This document shows, piece after piece, positions 56,635 to 64,000 of a stretch of DNA of 64,000 nt (positions are counted from its first letter, which is position 1; each line of letters begins with the position of its first letter). Origin of the DNA: a virus; IMG/VR virus record IMGVR_UViG_3300029574_000202; one strand, 5' to 3'. The notes under the pieces are model-generated. The model was not told the DNA's origin. It worked only from the letters and a program-made list of their open reading frames with translations, and did no database searches. A program made the position numbers and the translations under genes.

Positions 56635-57141
56635 ATGAACGAAGATGATAAAAGGATGTTTCTTGCTCTTGTGAAGGGTAAGGACATATCGGAGATTATG
56701 TCTTTGCTGGCTGAGTCCGGCAATCAGTATTCACGCAGAATACTACGGTTCTTCCGTTGGTTCTGCAAGTGGGTTCCGTTTTTCATAATGCTAACGCACA
56801 TGTACGGCGTGTTTGACTTTAGCCGCAATCCAAAGGAGATGTTTGCCGTACACAGTGCAAATTGGGCGTGCTACACATTTATATACATCATGGTCTATAT
56901 ACTGCCGATGGTTCTTATTCTTGCGTCGCGCTTCTTTTGGCTATGTTGGAAGTATCGCATACCGTTCTTCTACTACTTCGGTGTCAACTCCATACATCTT
57001 GTATATTGGAGTTGGTACACGACTAACGAGATGGTAATGGCGCACTTTGCAATCATGGCGTTCACGTTGTTGCTGTATGTCTACGGAGCTGTCGACTGGT
57101 TTTGCTGTAAATCAAAGCTCGGCAAAAGAATGTTCAGTTAA
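56635..57141 (+). CDS. polytopic membrane protein (168 aa)
   Basis: Four or more hydrophobic helices, Trp/Tyr/Phe-rich. Confidence 0.4.
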   Translation: MNEDDKRMFLALVKGKDISEIMSLLAESGNQYSRRILRFFRWFCKWVPFFIMLTHMYGVFDFSRNPKEMFAVHSANWACYTFIYIMVYILPMVLILASRFFWLCWKYRIPFFYYFGVNSIHLVYWSWYTTNEMVMAHFAIMAFTLLLYVYGAVDWFCCKSKLGKRMFS

Positions 57142-57152
57142 AAAGAAATGCC

Positions 57153-57497
57153 ATGAGAAAGATTTTCGGCTATAAAATGCTTGGTACACTGTTGCAATCA
57201 CTCGCCAATTCGTGCTTTCAGGCAGACGAGCAGCAGCGCAACGGCGAGAAAGTAACGGCTTGCGGTATGAGTGACGACGATATAGAAACACTTTGCCAGG
57301 ACATACTCCCGAATATGCTCAACCCGATGATGAGCGCAGAGGAAGTAAAGGACAGACTTTGCGTTAGCGATGCAACACTCAATAGAATGGTTAAGCGAGG
57401 AGAAATACCGAACGGCGAGTGCAAGAAGCGCGGACACACACGATACTGGAAGAAGTGGGACATCCTTCACTTTTTAAAACACAAGAGAGGCAAGTAA
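57153..57497 (+). CDS. HTH DNA-binding protein (excisionase/MerR-like, 114 aa)
   Basis: VSDATLNRMVKRGEIPNGECKKRGHTRYWKK resembles an excisionase-type HTH. Confidence 0.4.
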   Translation: MRKIFGYKMLGTLLQSLANSCFQADEQQRNGEKVTACGMSDDDIETLCQDILPNMLNPMMSAEEVKDRLCVSDATLNRMVKRGEIPNGECKKRGHTRYWKKWDILHFLKHKRGK

Positions 57498-57565
57498 AGA
57501 GGCTTCTCTTTTTTTGTTTCCATTTCTTTCCAATTCTTTAAACACTGGAAAGAATGGTTTGCTAT

Positions 57566-57678
57566 GTGATAGTACCGACTATCACCTTATATACCTGATT
57601 ATCAGCGTAATACAAAATCTTTGAGCGTGTTATGGCATTATCCGTCACAACTCGCTAACTTTGCGGTGTAACGTTACA
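57566..57678. promoter_or_regulatory. Two perfect palindromes upstream of the gene at 57725, candidate operator sites
   Basis: GTGATAGTaccgACTATCAC (57566-57585) and TGTAACGTTACA (57667-57678). Confidence 0.35.
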
Positions 57679-57724
57679 ATAGTGTTTAGTCAACTAAGGT
57701 AAAATTTTAAAAAAAGATTGTATT

Positions 57725-58660
57725 ATGTCTGAGTCAAAAACTTATGTATTCGGCAATGAAGGTAGCGGACAGGGTGGCATGATGAGTTTGCTCGCTCCTC
57801 TGCTTCAACAGAGAGGTCTTGACCCTAATCTTCTCCTTGCCATGAACAAGAACGGCAATGGTTGGGGCGACGGCTTCATGTGGGTAATTTTCCTATTCTT
57901 CCTCATGGGTTGGGGCGGTAATGGTTGGGGTGGTTTCGGCAATGGTCGCGCAGGCGGTATTGCCAATGAAATCAACAACGACTACGGTCGCTCGCTCCTC
58001 ATGGATGCCATCGGTGGAAACAGAAATGCTCTAAGCAACCTTGCTACACAGCTTAACTGTACCGAAGGTCAGATACAGGCAGCTATCTCGGCTCTTACCT
58101 CGCAGGTTCAGGGTGTGGGCAATCAGGTCGGCATGAGCGGTATGCAAGTTATCAACGCTCTCCAGCAAGGCAATATGCAGATTGCACAGCAGCTCGCTTC
58201 TTGTTGCTGCGAGAACAGACTTGCCACATGCCAGCAGACCAACACCTTGCAGAACGCCATCAACGGCGTTGCGACAAATCAGGAACGCGGTTTCTCAAGT
58301 CTTGCCTTTGAGACACAGAGACAGACCTGCGACTTGCATAACGCCATCAAGGACAGCACGCAGACTATCGTCAACGGTCAGAAGCAAGCCGAAATGCGTG
58401 AAATGCAGAACAAGATTGACGCTCTGCGCGAGGAGAACTCAACGTTCAAGTCGTCGGCTATGACAAGTCAGATTGTAGGTCAGGCGGTCGCTCCTATCAA
58501 TGCGGTGTTGGCAGGTTTGCAGCAGGAGGTTGCAGGTATCAAGTGTAAGATGCCCGAGACGGCGACTGTACCTTACCAGCCGTTCGTTGCTGTCCCAAAC
58601 TGCGTAGCAGCACAATACGGACTTTACGGAGTCAACGGAGCTAACGGCTTTTGGGGCTAA
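57725..58660 (+). CDS. Gly/Asn/Gln-rich protein with one TM helix (311 aa); function unknown
   Basis: GNGWGDGFMWVIFLFFLMGWGGNGWGGFGNGRAGG, then a long Q/N/A-rich region with CCC and further Cys, ending GVNGANGFWG. Confidence 0.45.
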   Translation: MSESKTYVFGNEGSGQGGMMSLLAPLLQQRGLDPNLLLAMNKNGNGWGDGFMWVIFLFFLMGWGGNGWGGFGNGRAGGIANEINNDYGRSLLMDAIGGNRNALSNLATQLNCTEGQIQAAISALTSQVQGVGNQVGMSGMQVINALQQGNMQIAQQLASCCCENRLATCQQTNTLQNAINGVATNQERGFSSLAFETQRQTCDLHNAIKDSTQTIVNGQKQAEMREMQNKIDALREENSTFKSSAMTSQIVGQAVAPINAVLAGLQQEVAGIKCKMPETATVPYQPFVAVPNCVAAQYGLYGVNGANGFWG

Positions 58661-58682
58661 CCATCTAACTGGAGGAACGACT

Positions 58683-59027
58683 ATGATTTGGGGTTATCCT
58701 TTTTCATGGGTCAATAGAAGAGGGTCGGCGGCTATCGGTTCTACCGGTGTGTCGGTAGGCACAAGCGGTGTGGTATTCTCATTCAGGAACCATGCCTTCT
58801 TGAATGCCAATTACAGAGGTACGGTATTCGTAAATCTGCGACAGGCAATACCGACGGGCACAACGACCACGCTGCCGATACTCTTTGAGACCAACGGCGT
58901 AACGCAGGCTGTCACCAAGTTCGGAGGTGCGGCTCTTACGGTTGCCGACGTAGCCGGAACTGGCGTATATCAGCTCTGGTTCGAGAGAGATACTAACACC
59001 CTTCAGTTAATGACGGGTATCGTTTAA
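58683..59027 (+). CDS. hypothetical beta-rich protein (114 aa)
   Basis: ORF. Confidence 0.4.
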   Translation: MIWGYPFSWVNRRGSAAIGSTGVSVGTSGVVFSFRNHAFLNANYRGTVFVNLRQAIPTGTTTTLPILFETNGVTQAVTKFGGAALTVADVAGTGVYQLWFERDTNTLQLMTGIV

Positions 59028-59049
59028 TAACTAAATTGCGAATTGTATT

Positions 59050-59568
59050 ATGTTCAGTGGACTAAGAACAAACAGCATATTCTATGTGCTTGAGAAAGGT
59101 GAGGAGCCGACATTGAAAATCGGACAGGTGGTAAGCGTAAGTAATCCGCAGCCGAAGTTTCCAACCTACCAACCAGGGCAGTTTTCAGCGCAACCTATGG
59201 AAACGGTTGTCGATGTGAAGGTAAAGCTGTCCGACGGCGAAGCGGAGTTCAAGCAGCTGCCCTCGAACGGACAGATTGCCAACTCGGGCGATGTCGTAGT
59301 CAGCGAGAGTCGCGAAGCGATGATTGCCGAAGTGGAAGCGATGTTACGACACTCGCAGGAGGTGCTTGCAAGCAAGGACTATCACGAGAAAGTGGTATGT
59401 AACTGCGAGAAGATAATGTGTGTTCTCAACCCTCAGATTGCCAAGGACAAGGAGCAGGAGCAGAAAATATCTCAGCTCGAAAGCAAGGTCTGCGGCATGG
59501 AGGGTACTCTATCAAACATTGAGAGTATGCTGCAAAAGGCACTGAAAAAGTCAAATAGCAATAACTAA
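59050..59568 (+). CDS. hypothetical protein with a C-terminal coiled coil (172 aa)
   Basis: ORF. Confidence 0.4.
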   Translation: MFSGLRTNSIFYVLEKGEEPTLKIGQVVSVSNPQPKFPTYQPGQFSAQPMETVVDVKVKLSDGEAEFKQLPSNGQIANSGDVVVSESREAMIAEVEAMLRHSQEVLASKDYHEKVVCNCEKIMCVLNPQIAKDKEQEQKISQLESKVCGMEGTLSNIESMLQKALKKSNSNN

Positions 59569-59580
59569 AATGCAAGAGCT

Positions 59581-59847
59581 ATGTATATGATAGAAATCAC
59601 AGAGAACAAGATGGGTGAGCTTGTCGAGAACGTGGAGAAATGCTTGCGCTATGGCGGCAAGGCAATGGCGTGTCTTGACAGCTTGCAGCGTGGCGAAGGT
59701 CGATACGGTGAGCGTTCACCTATGCCCGACTACCGCGACGACTGGCGACGCGAGAGCGAACGCTATGAGCGCGATATGTACGATGATGATGACGATGGTC
59801 GTTACGGAGAACGACGTGGCGGTTATCGTGGTCGCAGACGCTACTAA
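59581..59847 (+). CDS. small protein with an Asp-rich then RGG/Arg-rich tail (88 aa)
   Basis: C-terminal ...DDDDDGRYGERRGGYRGRRRY. Confidence 0.35.
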   Translation: MYMIEITENKMGELVENVEKCLRYGGKAMACLDSLQRGEGRYGERSPMPDYRDDWRRESERYERDMYDDDDDGRYGERRGGYRGRRRY

Positions 59848-59908
59848 GTAATTAACCCGACTGGTGGGGAGGTTCGCTTCCCTGCCAGTCCTTTAAAACC
59901 TAAATATT

Positions 59909-60337
59909 ATGGGAAGATGTAAGATGCCTTTGGATGTGTACGACTTGAAGCCCGAAGGAATGATAGCATATCTAAGATACAACGGCTATCACTTCAACAA
60001 GAAGATGTGTGAATGGGCTGTCAAGCAAATGCGAATGATTAGTCCAACTACGGGCAAGGAGGAACGTTTGGAGATGCTGTCAAAAGAGAAGGTCGAGGAG
60101 ATGTTGCAAACGAATGGCTTGCAGCTTGAAAACCTCGTCGGCTACGACCATGTATATGTGGCGAATATGTGCAGGGCAGACTTCTGGGGCAAGTCAATAA
60201 AGGACGAGCAACAAATGGCGCAGTATGTGAAAGATATGGTTGATGATACAGACCAGAAGGATGGTTTCATCTTCAACCGCTTCTATGCCGACTGCTGTCA
60301 CAACGGTATGCCTATACCTTGGGAGGACTTGTTATGA
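59909..60337 (+). CDS. hypothetical protein (142 aa)
   Basis: ORF. Confidence 0.4.
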   Translation: MGRCKMPLDVYDLKPEGMIAYLRYNGYHFNKKMCEWAVKQMRMISPTTGKEERLEMLSKEKVEEMLQTNGLQLENLVGYDHVYVANMCRADFWGKSIKDEQQMAQYVKDMVDDTDQKDGFIFNRFYADCCHNGMPIPWEDLL

Positions 60338-60711
60338 TTAGGCGTGACATAAGGCTCGACAAGTACGACTGGGATGTGCGTTGCTTCATTGGATATGACA
60401 GCGGCGACGCGGTGCATCTCTGTAACGAGCTTATGACTATTGGGTGTGGCAGCGAAGCGACAAGCAAAGCCTACCGTCACTTCATAAGCGGTGGCGAAAG
60501 CAGAGGACTCACCTACTCCAACGTCAAGGACAAGGTGAGCGTGGTTACTATCGGACACTCAGAAGAAGAAAGCGAGATGGTGAATACAATCGGTCACGAA
60601 CTGCTGCACGTTACGGCGCACATCTGCGAAGTGTATGATATTGATATGAGCGGCGAGCAGGCTTGCTATATCATGGGAGAATTGTGTGAGAAGATATTTA
60701 ATTTCTTTTGA
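60319..60711 (+). CDS. HExxH zinc-metallopeptidase-like protein (ImmA/IrrE-like candidate, 130 aa)
   Basis: TIGHELLHVTAHI contains HExxH followed by a downstream His. Confidence 0.35.
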   Translation: MGGLVMIRRDIRLDKYDWDVRCFIGYDSGDAVHLCNELMTIGCGSEATSKAYRHFISGGESRGLTYSNVKDKVSVVTIGHSEEESEMVNTIGHELLHVTAHICEVYDIDMSGEQACYIMGELCEKIFNFF

Positions 60712-60714
60712 ATT

Positions 60715-61023
60715 ATGGATAAAATCAATTTAAAAAATACTGGCGCACCCACACATGATTTGTCGGGTGCGCAAAAATGCGAAGTCCGTGGATATTACAC
60801 AGACGATCATGGTATTATACATTATGCTCCTAATTGGGATATTTCAATGTTAAAGTTTGCTTATTCTAAATACGATGCGATACAGAAAAAATTTGAATTC
60901 CAAAAATTCTGCTCCGTAGTTAAAATTGCTACCAACAGGTTCTATTTTGTTTTCATGTGTTGCTATCCTAAATTGTCAAACGAAAAACTCTTTGACATGA
61001 TATTACATGAAGTGTGCGAATAA
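60715..61023 (+). CDS. hypothetical protein (102 aa)
   Basis: ORF. Confidence 0.35.
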   Translation: MDKINLKNTGAPTHDLSGAQKCEVRGYYTDDHGIIHYAPNWDISMLKFAYSKYDAIQKKFEFQKFCSVVKIATNRFYFVFMCCYPKLSNEKLFDMILHEVCE

Positions 61024-61059
61024 CACAACCATGTAACCAGCTGATAATCAAGTAATTAT

Positions 61060-61190
61060 ATTTTAGTATTTTTAACTATAATATTTGTTAGTATATTTGT
61101 ATATACTGCATATTATTAGTACCTTTGTATATGAAAACAGGTGCATTTAGCTAAGATGACACCGAGATAAAACCAATTAAATTCGCAATA
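61060..61190 (+). promoter_or_regulatory. Diverged copy E of the promoter-leader cassette
   Basis: tttagtatttttaactataatatttgttagtatatTTGtatatactgcatattattagTAccTTTGtatatg, then a different hairpin (GGTG...CACC), then ataaaaccaattaaattcgcaatattATG at 61193. Confidence 0.5.
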
Positions 61191-61192
61191 TT

Positions 61193-61522
61193 ATGAACAT
61201 TATTAATGTAGCAAAATTCTTTGATTGCATGGCAAGAGGGGATATTGCATTTTCAGTAGATGATGTAATGACCGACTTCGAAACACACTTCGGAGTAAAA
61301 AATGCATTGCCGCCATGTGCAGAACATCATGAAGCAACGAAACATCGCGAAGGAACATATCTAGCTGTATATGTAACTAGTGACTCTTTGGATGAAGATG
61401 TCCTGATTGATGCTTTAAGGATGCACATGAAAGGTCTTACATGGTGGTTGTTCGAATCACCATACGGAGAGAACGAAGTAGTTTATATCGTAAAATTAGA
61501 TGATAATGATGATGAGAACTAA
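61193..61522 (+). CDS. hypothetical protein (109 aa)
   Basis: ORF after cassette copy E. Confidence 0.4.
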   Translation: MNIINVAKFFDCMARGDIAFSVDDVMTDFETHFGVKNALPPCAEHHEATKHREGTYLAVYVTSDSLDEDVLIDALRMHMKGLTWWLFESPYGENEVVYIVKLDDNDDEN

Positions 61523-61757
61523 TTTATATGTTGTACGCGATGACGGCGAGTATGATTACAAAGGTGGCTTCAAGACGTTCAAGGAGGCTAATGATTATCG
61601 CCTTGAATGCCAGCGCCAGTGGATGAATCACATTGATTTTGTGATATTACAGATTTGTACACGTCAGGGGGTGTTAGAAAGAGAAATTAACCTAACTCGA
61701 ATAAGCAATATAGAAAGGGATAAAATCCTCTCTGACTATGGCATACCGATGGAATAA
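61500..61757 (+). CDS. hypothetical protein (85 aa)
   Basis: ORF. Confidence 0.35.
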   Translation: MIMMMRTNLYVVRDDGEYDYKGGFKTFKEANDYRLECQRQWMNHIDFVILQICTRQGVLEREINLTRISNIERDKILSDYGIPME

Positions 61758-61783
61758 GTTTAACCAATTAAGCAATAAAGATT

Positions 61784-62725
61784 ATGAACATGAATTTAAA
61801 TGCTAGTGCTGCAAATATGGTAGCAACCATGGAAGCAGCGACGGAGGACAAGTTCTTCGATTTTGAGAAAGCAAAAACCCAGGAGATAACCCTCGAACAG
61901 CTTGGAAGAACATACCGTGAGAATGATGTGTATGGTTATCCTTTGAAGGGCATATATCACTACGACCTTTTTAACAAGGTAATAGCCGAGTGTGAAGATG
62001 TGGGCTATAACGTAGAGGTGTATGATATGTTCGCAGCACAAAATAGGGATAGAAATCAGCCCGGCGTTGTGAAGCTTCCCCAGGTAGAAGCGCAGAAAGG
62101 GGAGAACGCAGTTGAAGCGCACATTTTAAGAAGAGTTTTCGCTAATATCAGAATCACGGATTTTGATGACGGCGAAACCACAACGAACCTTGCTGTAGCT
62201 TTTCACCAAAAAGGAATACAGATTGGATTCGGCCCGAATGTTATGATTTGCCATAACCAGTGTCTTTTAAACCCCGAACTCTACATGTCTACATACTCAG
62301 AAAAAGGAAGAAAGGGTAGTGGAATCGAGCTATCTACAATGCTTGATACATTGAAGTCCTGGCTGGTGGATGCGCGGCATATCGTGGAAACGGATAGAGA
62401 ACGCATCGAAAAGATGAAAAACACGCGTGTGTCAGCCGAACAGATGTTCACTCTGATAGGGATTATGACTGCGATGCGTGTCAAGTCAGATACGACGCGT
62501 AAGTCGATACGAGAAAACATCACATACCCTCTTAATCAGTCACAAATAACCGTTTTCACCGAAGATATGCTTGAAGCATATCACACAAAGGAGGTTGTGA
62601 CTGCTTGGGATATGTACAACTCTGCAACGAACATGTACAAAGCAAACAAGATGGATATCCCGGCCCTACTTCCACAAAACAGAGCATTTGTTGACTTTAT
62701 AAATAAATATGTTATAGAACTCTAA
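61784..62725 (+). CDS. hypothetical protein (313 aa), possibly a DUF3871-like protein of Bacteroidales mobile elements
   Basis: ORF preceded by gtttaaccaattaagcaataaagattATG. The family guess is from memory only. Confidence 0.4.
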   Translation: MNMNLNASAANMVATMEAATEDKFFDFEKAKTQEITLEQLGRTYRENDVYGYPLKGIYHYDLFNKVIAECEDVGYNVEVYDMFAAQNRDRNQPGVVKLPQVEAQKGENAVEAHILRRVFANIRITDFDDGETTTNLAVAFHQKGIQIGFGPNVMICHNQCLLNPELYMSTYSEKGRKGSGIELSTMLDTLKSWLVDARHIVETDRERIEKMKNTRVSAEQMFTLIGIMTAMRVKSDTTRKSIRENITYPLNQSQITVFTEDMLEAYHTKEVVTAWDMYNSATNMYKANKMDIPALLPQNRAFVDFINKYVIEL

Positions 62726-62743
62726 TCAACACAAGGAGATAGG

Positions 62744-64000
62744 CTAGTCTACCTCCTTGTTATATAAGACATAATCAATAACCTTTCTATTAGCAGCGTC
62801 TATATTGGCAACACTCTTGTCAATATAGATTGCTGTTGTCCTGTTTCCATGCGAATGTCCTAAAGCCTCAGCAATAATCTCTTCTGGTATTCCAATAGAG
62901 AAAGCTATTGTCGCCCAGGTGTGCCGCGCCCAATATATTGAAAGTGATGGAAAGAAAGGCTTATACTTTATATGATAACTGAATTTCCTATTATGTTTAG
63001 TCTTCTCGTCGTTCTTTATTTTTACAACATCACCTATTTTTTTGTATGCCTTGTTTGCCTTACCTACGAATGTTTTGTATGTTGTCATCTTCTCGGTAAA
63101 GTTTACAAGTTGGTTAAAACCTTTATATTTACTTATTATCTCCATAGCCTCAGATTCAATTTTTATGCTATACATTCTTCCAGTTTTATGTCTTTTGTAC
63201 ACGAGACGACCATTTATAACATCACCATCAGTACAAGCACACAAGTCTACGGGGTTTATTCCTATCAGATAAAATGTCAGCTTAAAGTAATCCAAATATC
63301 TTTCTTGCCATTTCTCTACTTTGTGTGAAAATAGACACCTTAACTCCTCAATTGTCAATGACCTTTTCGTCGTTTCTTCTGGGCTAATGTTAAATTTTCT
63401 CATTGGATAATGACTTGTAATCTCATTATCTATAGCATCGTTGAAAACAGCCCTTATGTTTCTGAGGTGTATATTACGAGAGTTTTTTACAAGACCTTGA
63501 TTCTTTAAATAATTATCGAAACCTACGAGCCACTCTTTAGTTATCTGTTCAAAAGATAGACTTGGTGCATATTTGTCGTATTCTAATATCTTTTTTAGTG
63601 TAGTCGCATAGATCTCCTTCGTTCGTTCTGCTATACGGCTCTCTCCAAAAATACGGAAGCGCCTAATAAACAAATCGTCATTTTTTACGGATGGACTAAT
63701 GTGTTCCTGTATTTTCTTTTTTATTTGTGTGATTGTCAATCCTGTTAACTCGCCACGCATAGACAGTTCAAGAATAGCGTTGTCTATTTGCACCTTTTTA
63801 TTGTTAATATATGAGGTGATTAACTTTCCATTTGGAGCATTCTTCACCCTTTGGGCTTCGGCATTCCATTGTGACTTTGAAAGCTTAACGTCCAAACTTA
63901 TATATGTAGATTTGCCATGGCTTGTTATGCAAACCTTTAATGGGGATGCTTCATTTTCTTTTTTCCCCCTTGTGTCTAGATATAATTTAGTAGTAGCCAT
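62744..64000 (-). CDS. Tyrosine-type site-specific recombinase / phage integrase (Bacteroidetes type)
   Basis: 418 aa. An N-terminal SAM-like/AP2-like region precedes a catalytic domain containing ARHTWAT and LGHSHGNRTTAIYI (the R..H..R/H..Y signature with the terminal Tyr). The start codon lies exactly at the window end. Confidence 0.85.
   Translation of the reverse strand: MATTKLYLDTRGKKENEASPLKVCITSHGKSTYISLDVKLSKSQWNAEAQRVKNAPNGKLITSYINNKKVQIDNAILELSMRGELTGLTITQIKKKIQEHISPSVKNDDLFIRRFRIFGESRIAERTKEIYATTLKKILEYDKYAPSLSFEQITKEWLVGFDNYLKNQGLVKNSRNIHLRNIRAVFNDAIDNEITSHYPMRKFNISPEETTKRSLTIEELRCLFSHKVEKWQERYLDYFKLTFYLIGINPVDLCACTDGDVINGRLVYKRHKTGRMYSIKIESEAMEIISKYKGFNQLVNFTEKMTTYKTFVGKANKAYKKIGDVVKIKNDEKTKHNRKFSYHIKYKPFFPSLSIYWARHTWATIAFSIGIPEEIIAEALGHSHGNRTTAIYIDKSVANIDAANRKVIDYVLYNKEVD

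Noticed and set aside
58182-58463. The Arg/Pro-rich ORF in another frame of the gene at 57725..58660
   Set aside because: It is a byproduct of GC-rich codon composition and has no start context.

Overview
The window is essentially one temperate siphovirus-like prophage (or phage genome) of a Bacteroidales-type host. GC is about 41%, genes are tightly packed, promoters match the Bacteroidetes TTTG(-33)/TAnnTTTG(-7) pattern, and a Bacteroides-type tyrosine integrase sits at the far right end (62744..64000, minus strand). The leftmost gene runs off the window start, so the element probably continues to the left. Modules from left to right: (1) replication: an iteron-containing initiator-like gene with 7.5 copies of a 24-bp repeat inside it, a DnaC-like loader and a DnaB-like helicase. 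(2) An early block of small ORFs plus a PcfK-like/PcfJ-like pair; the PcfK-like protein ends in a beta-clamp-binding-like QLSLFDI motif. (3) A dense nucleic-acid-modification island at about 7.5-13.8 kb: three SAM-methyltransferase-like genes (one with a beta-class DNA MTase signature but DPAG instead of DPPY), one unknown gene, four tandem ParB/sulfiredoxin-fold paralogues and an IbrA/PAPS-reductase-like PP-loop ATPase. (4) Small and large terminase (TerS/TerL), small genes and an ATP-dependent DNA ligase. (5) An oppositely oriented head block (portal plus Mu-F-like morphogenesis protein on the minus strand). (6) A roughly 15-kb accessory block of small ORFs that includes a second PAPS-reductase-like PP-loop gene flanked by two paralogous HExxH-containing small proteins, an ASCH-domain protein, an SPFH/band-7 lipoprotein, an RlmN/Cfr-family radical-SAM methyltransferase and a DUF4406/deoxyribosyltransferase-like protein. 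(7) A late operon: scaffold, major capsid, connectors, putative major tail protein, an aberrant 105-nt tRNA-like gene, tape measure (1576 aa), a 1484-aa tail/host-specificity protein and a lysis cassette. (8) A moron region next to the integrase that holds an odd Gly/Gln/Asn-rich membrane protein and an HExxH peptidase-like gene. A roughly 131-bp promoter-leader cassette recurs three times near-identically, with two diverged copies, in front of separate gene blocks. The motif AACCAATTAA sits just upstream of at least seven start codons. The modification island and the RlmN/Cfr-like radical-SAM gene are the best candidates for an undescribed system. All functional calls are from motif recognition by eye; no database searches were run.
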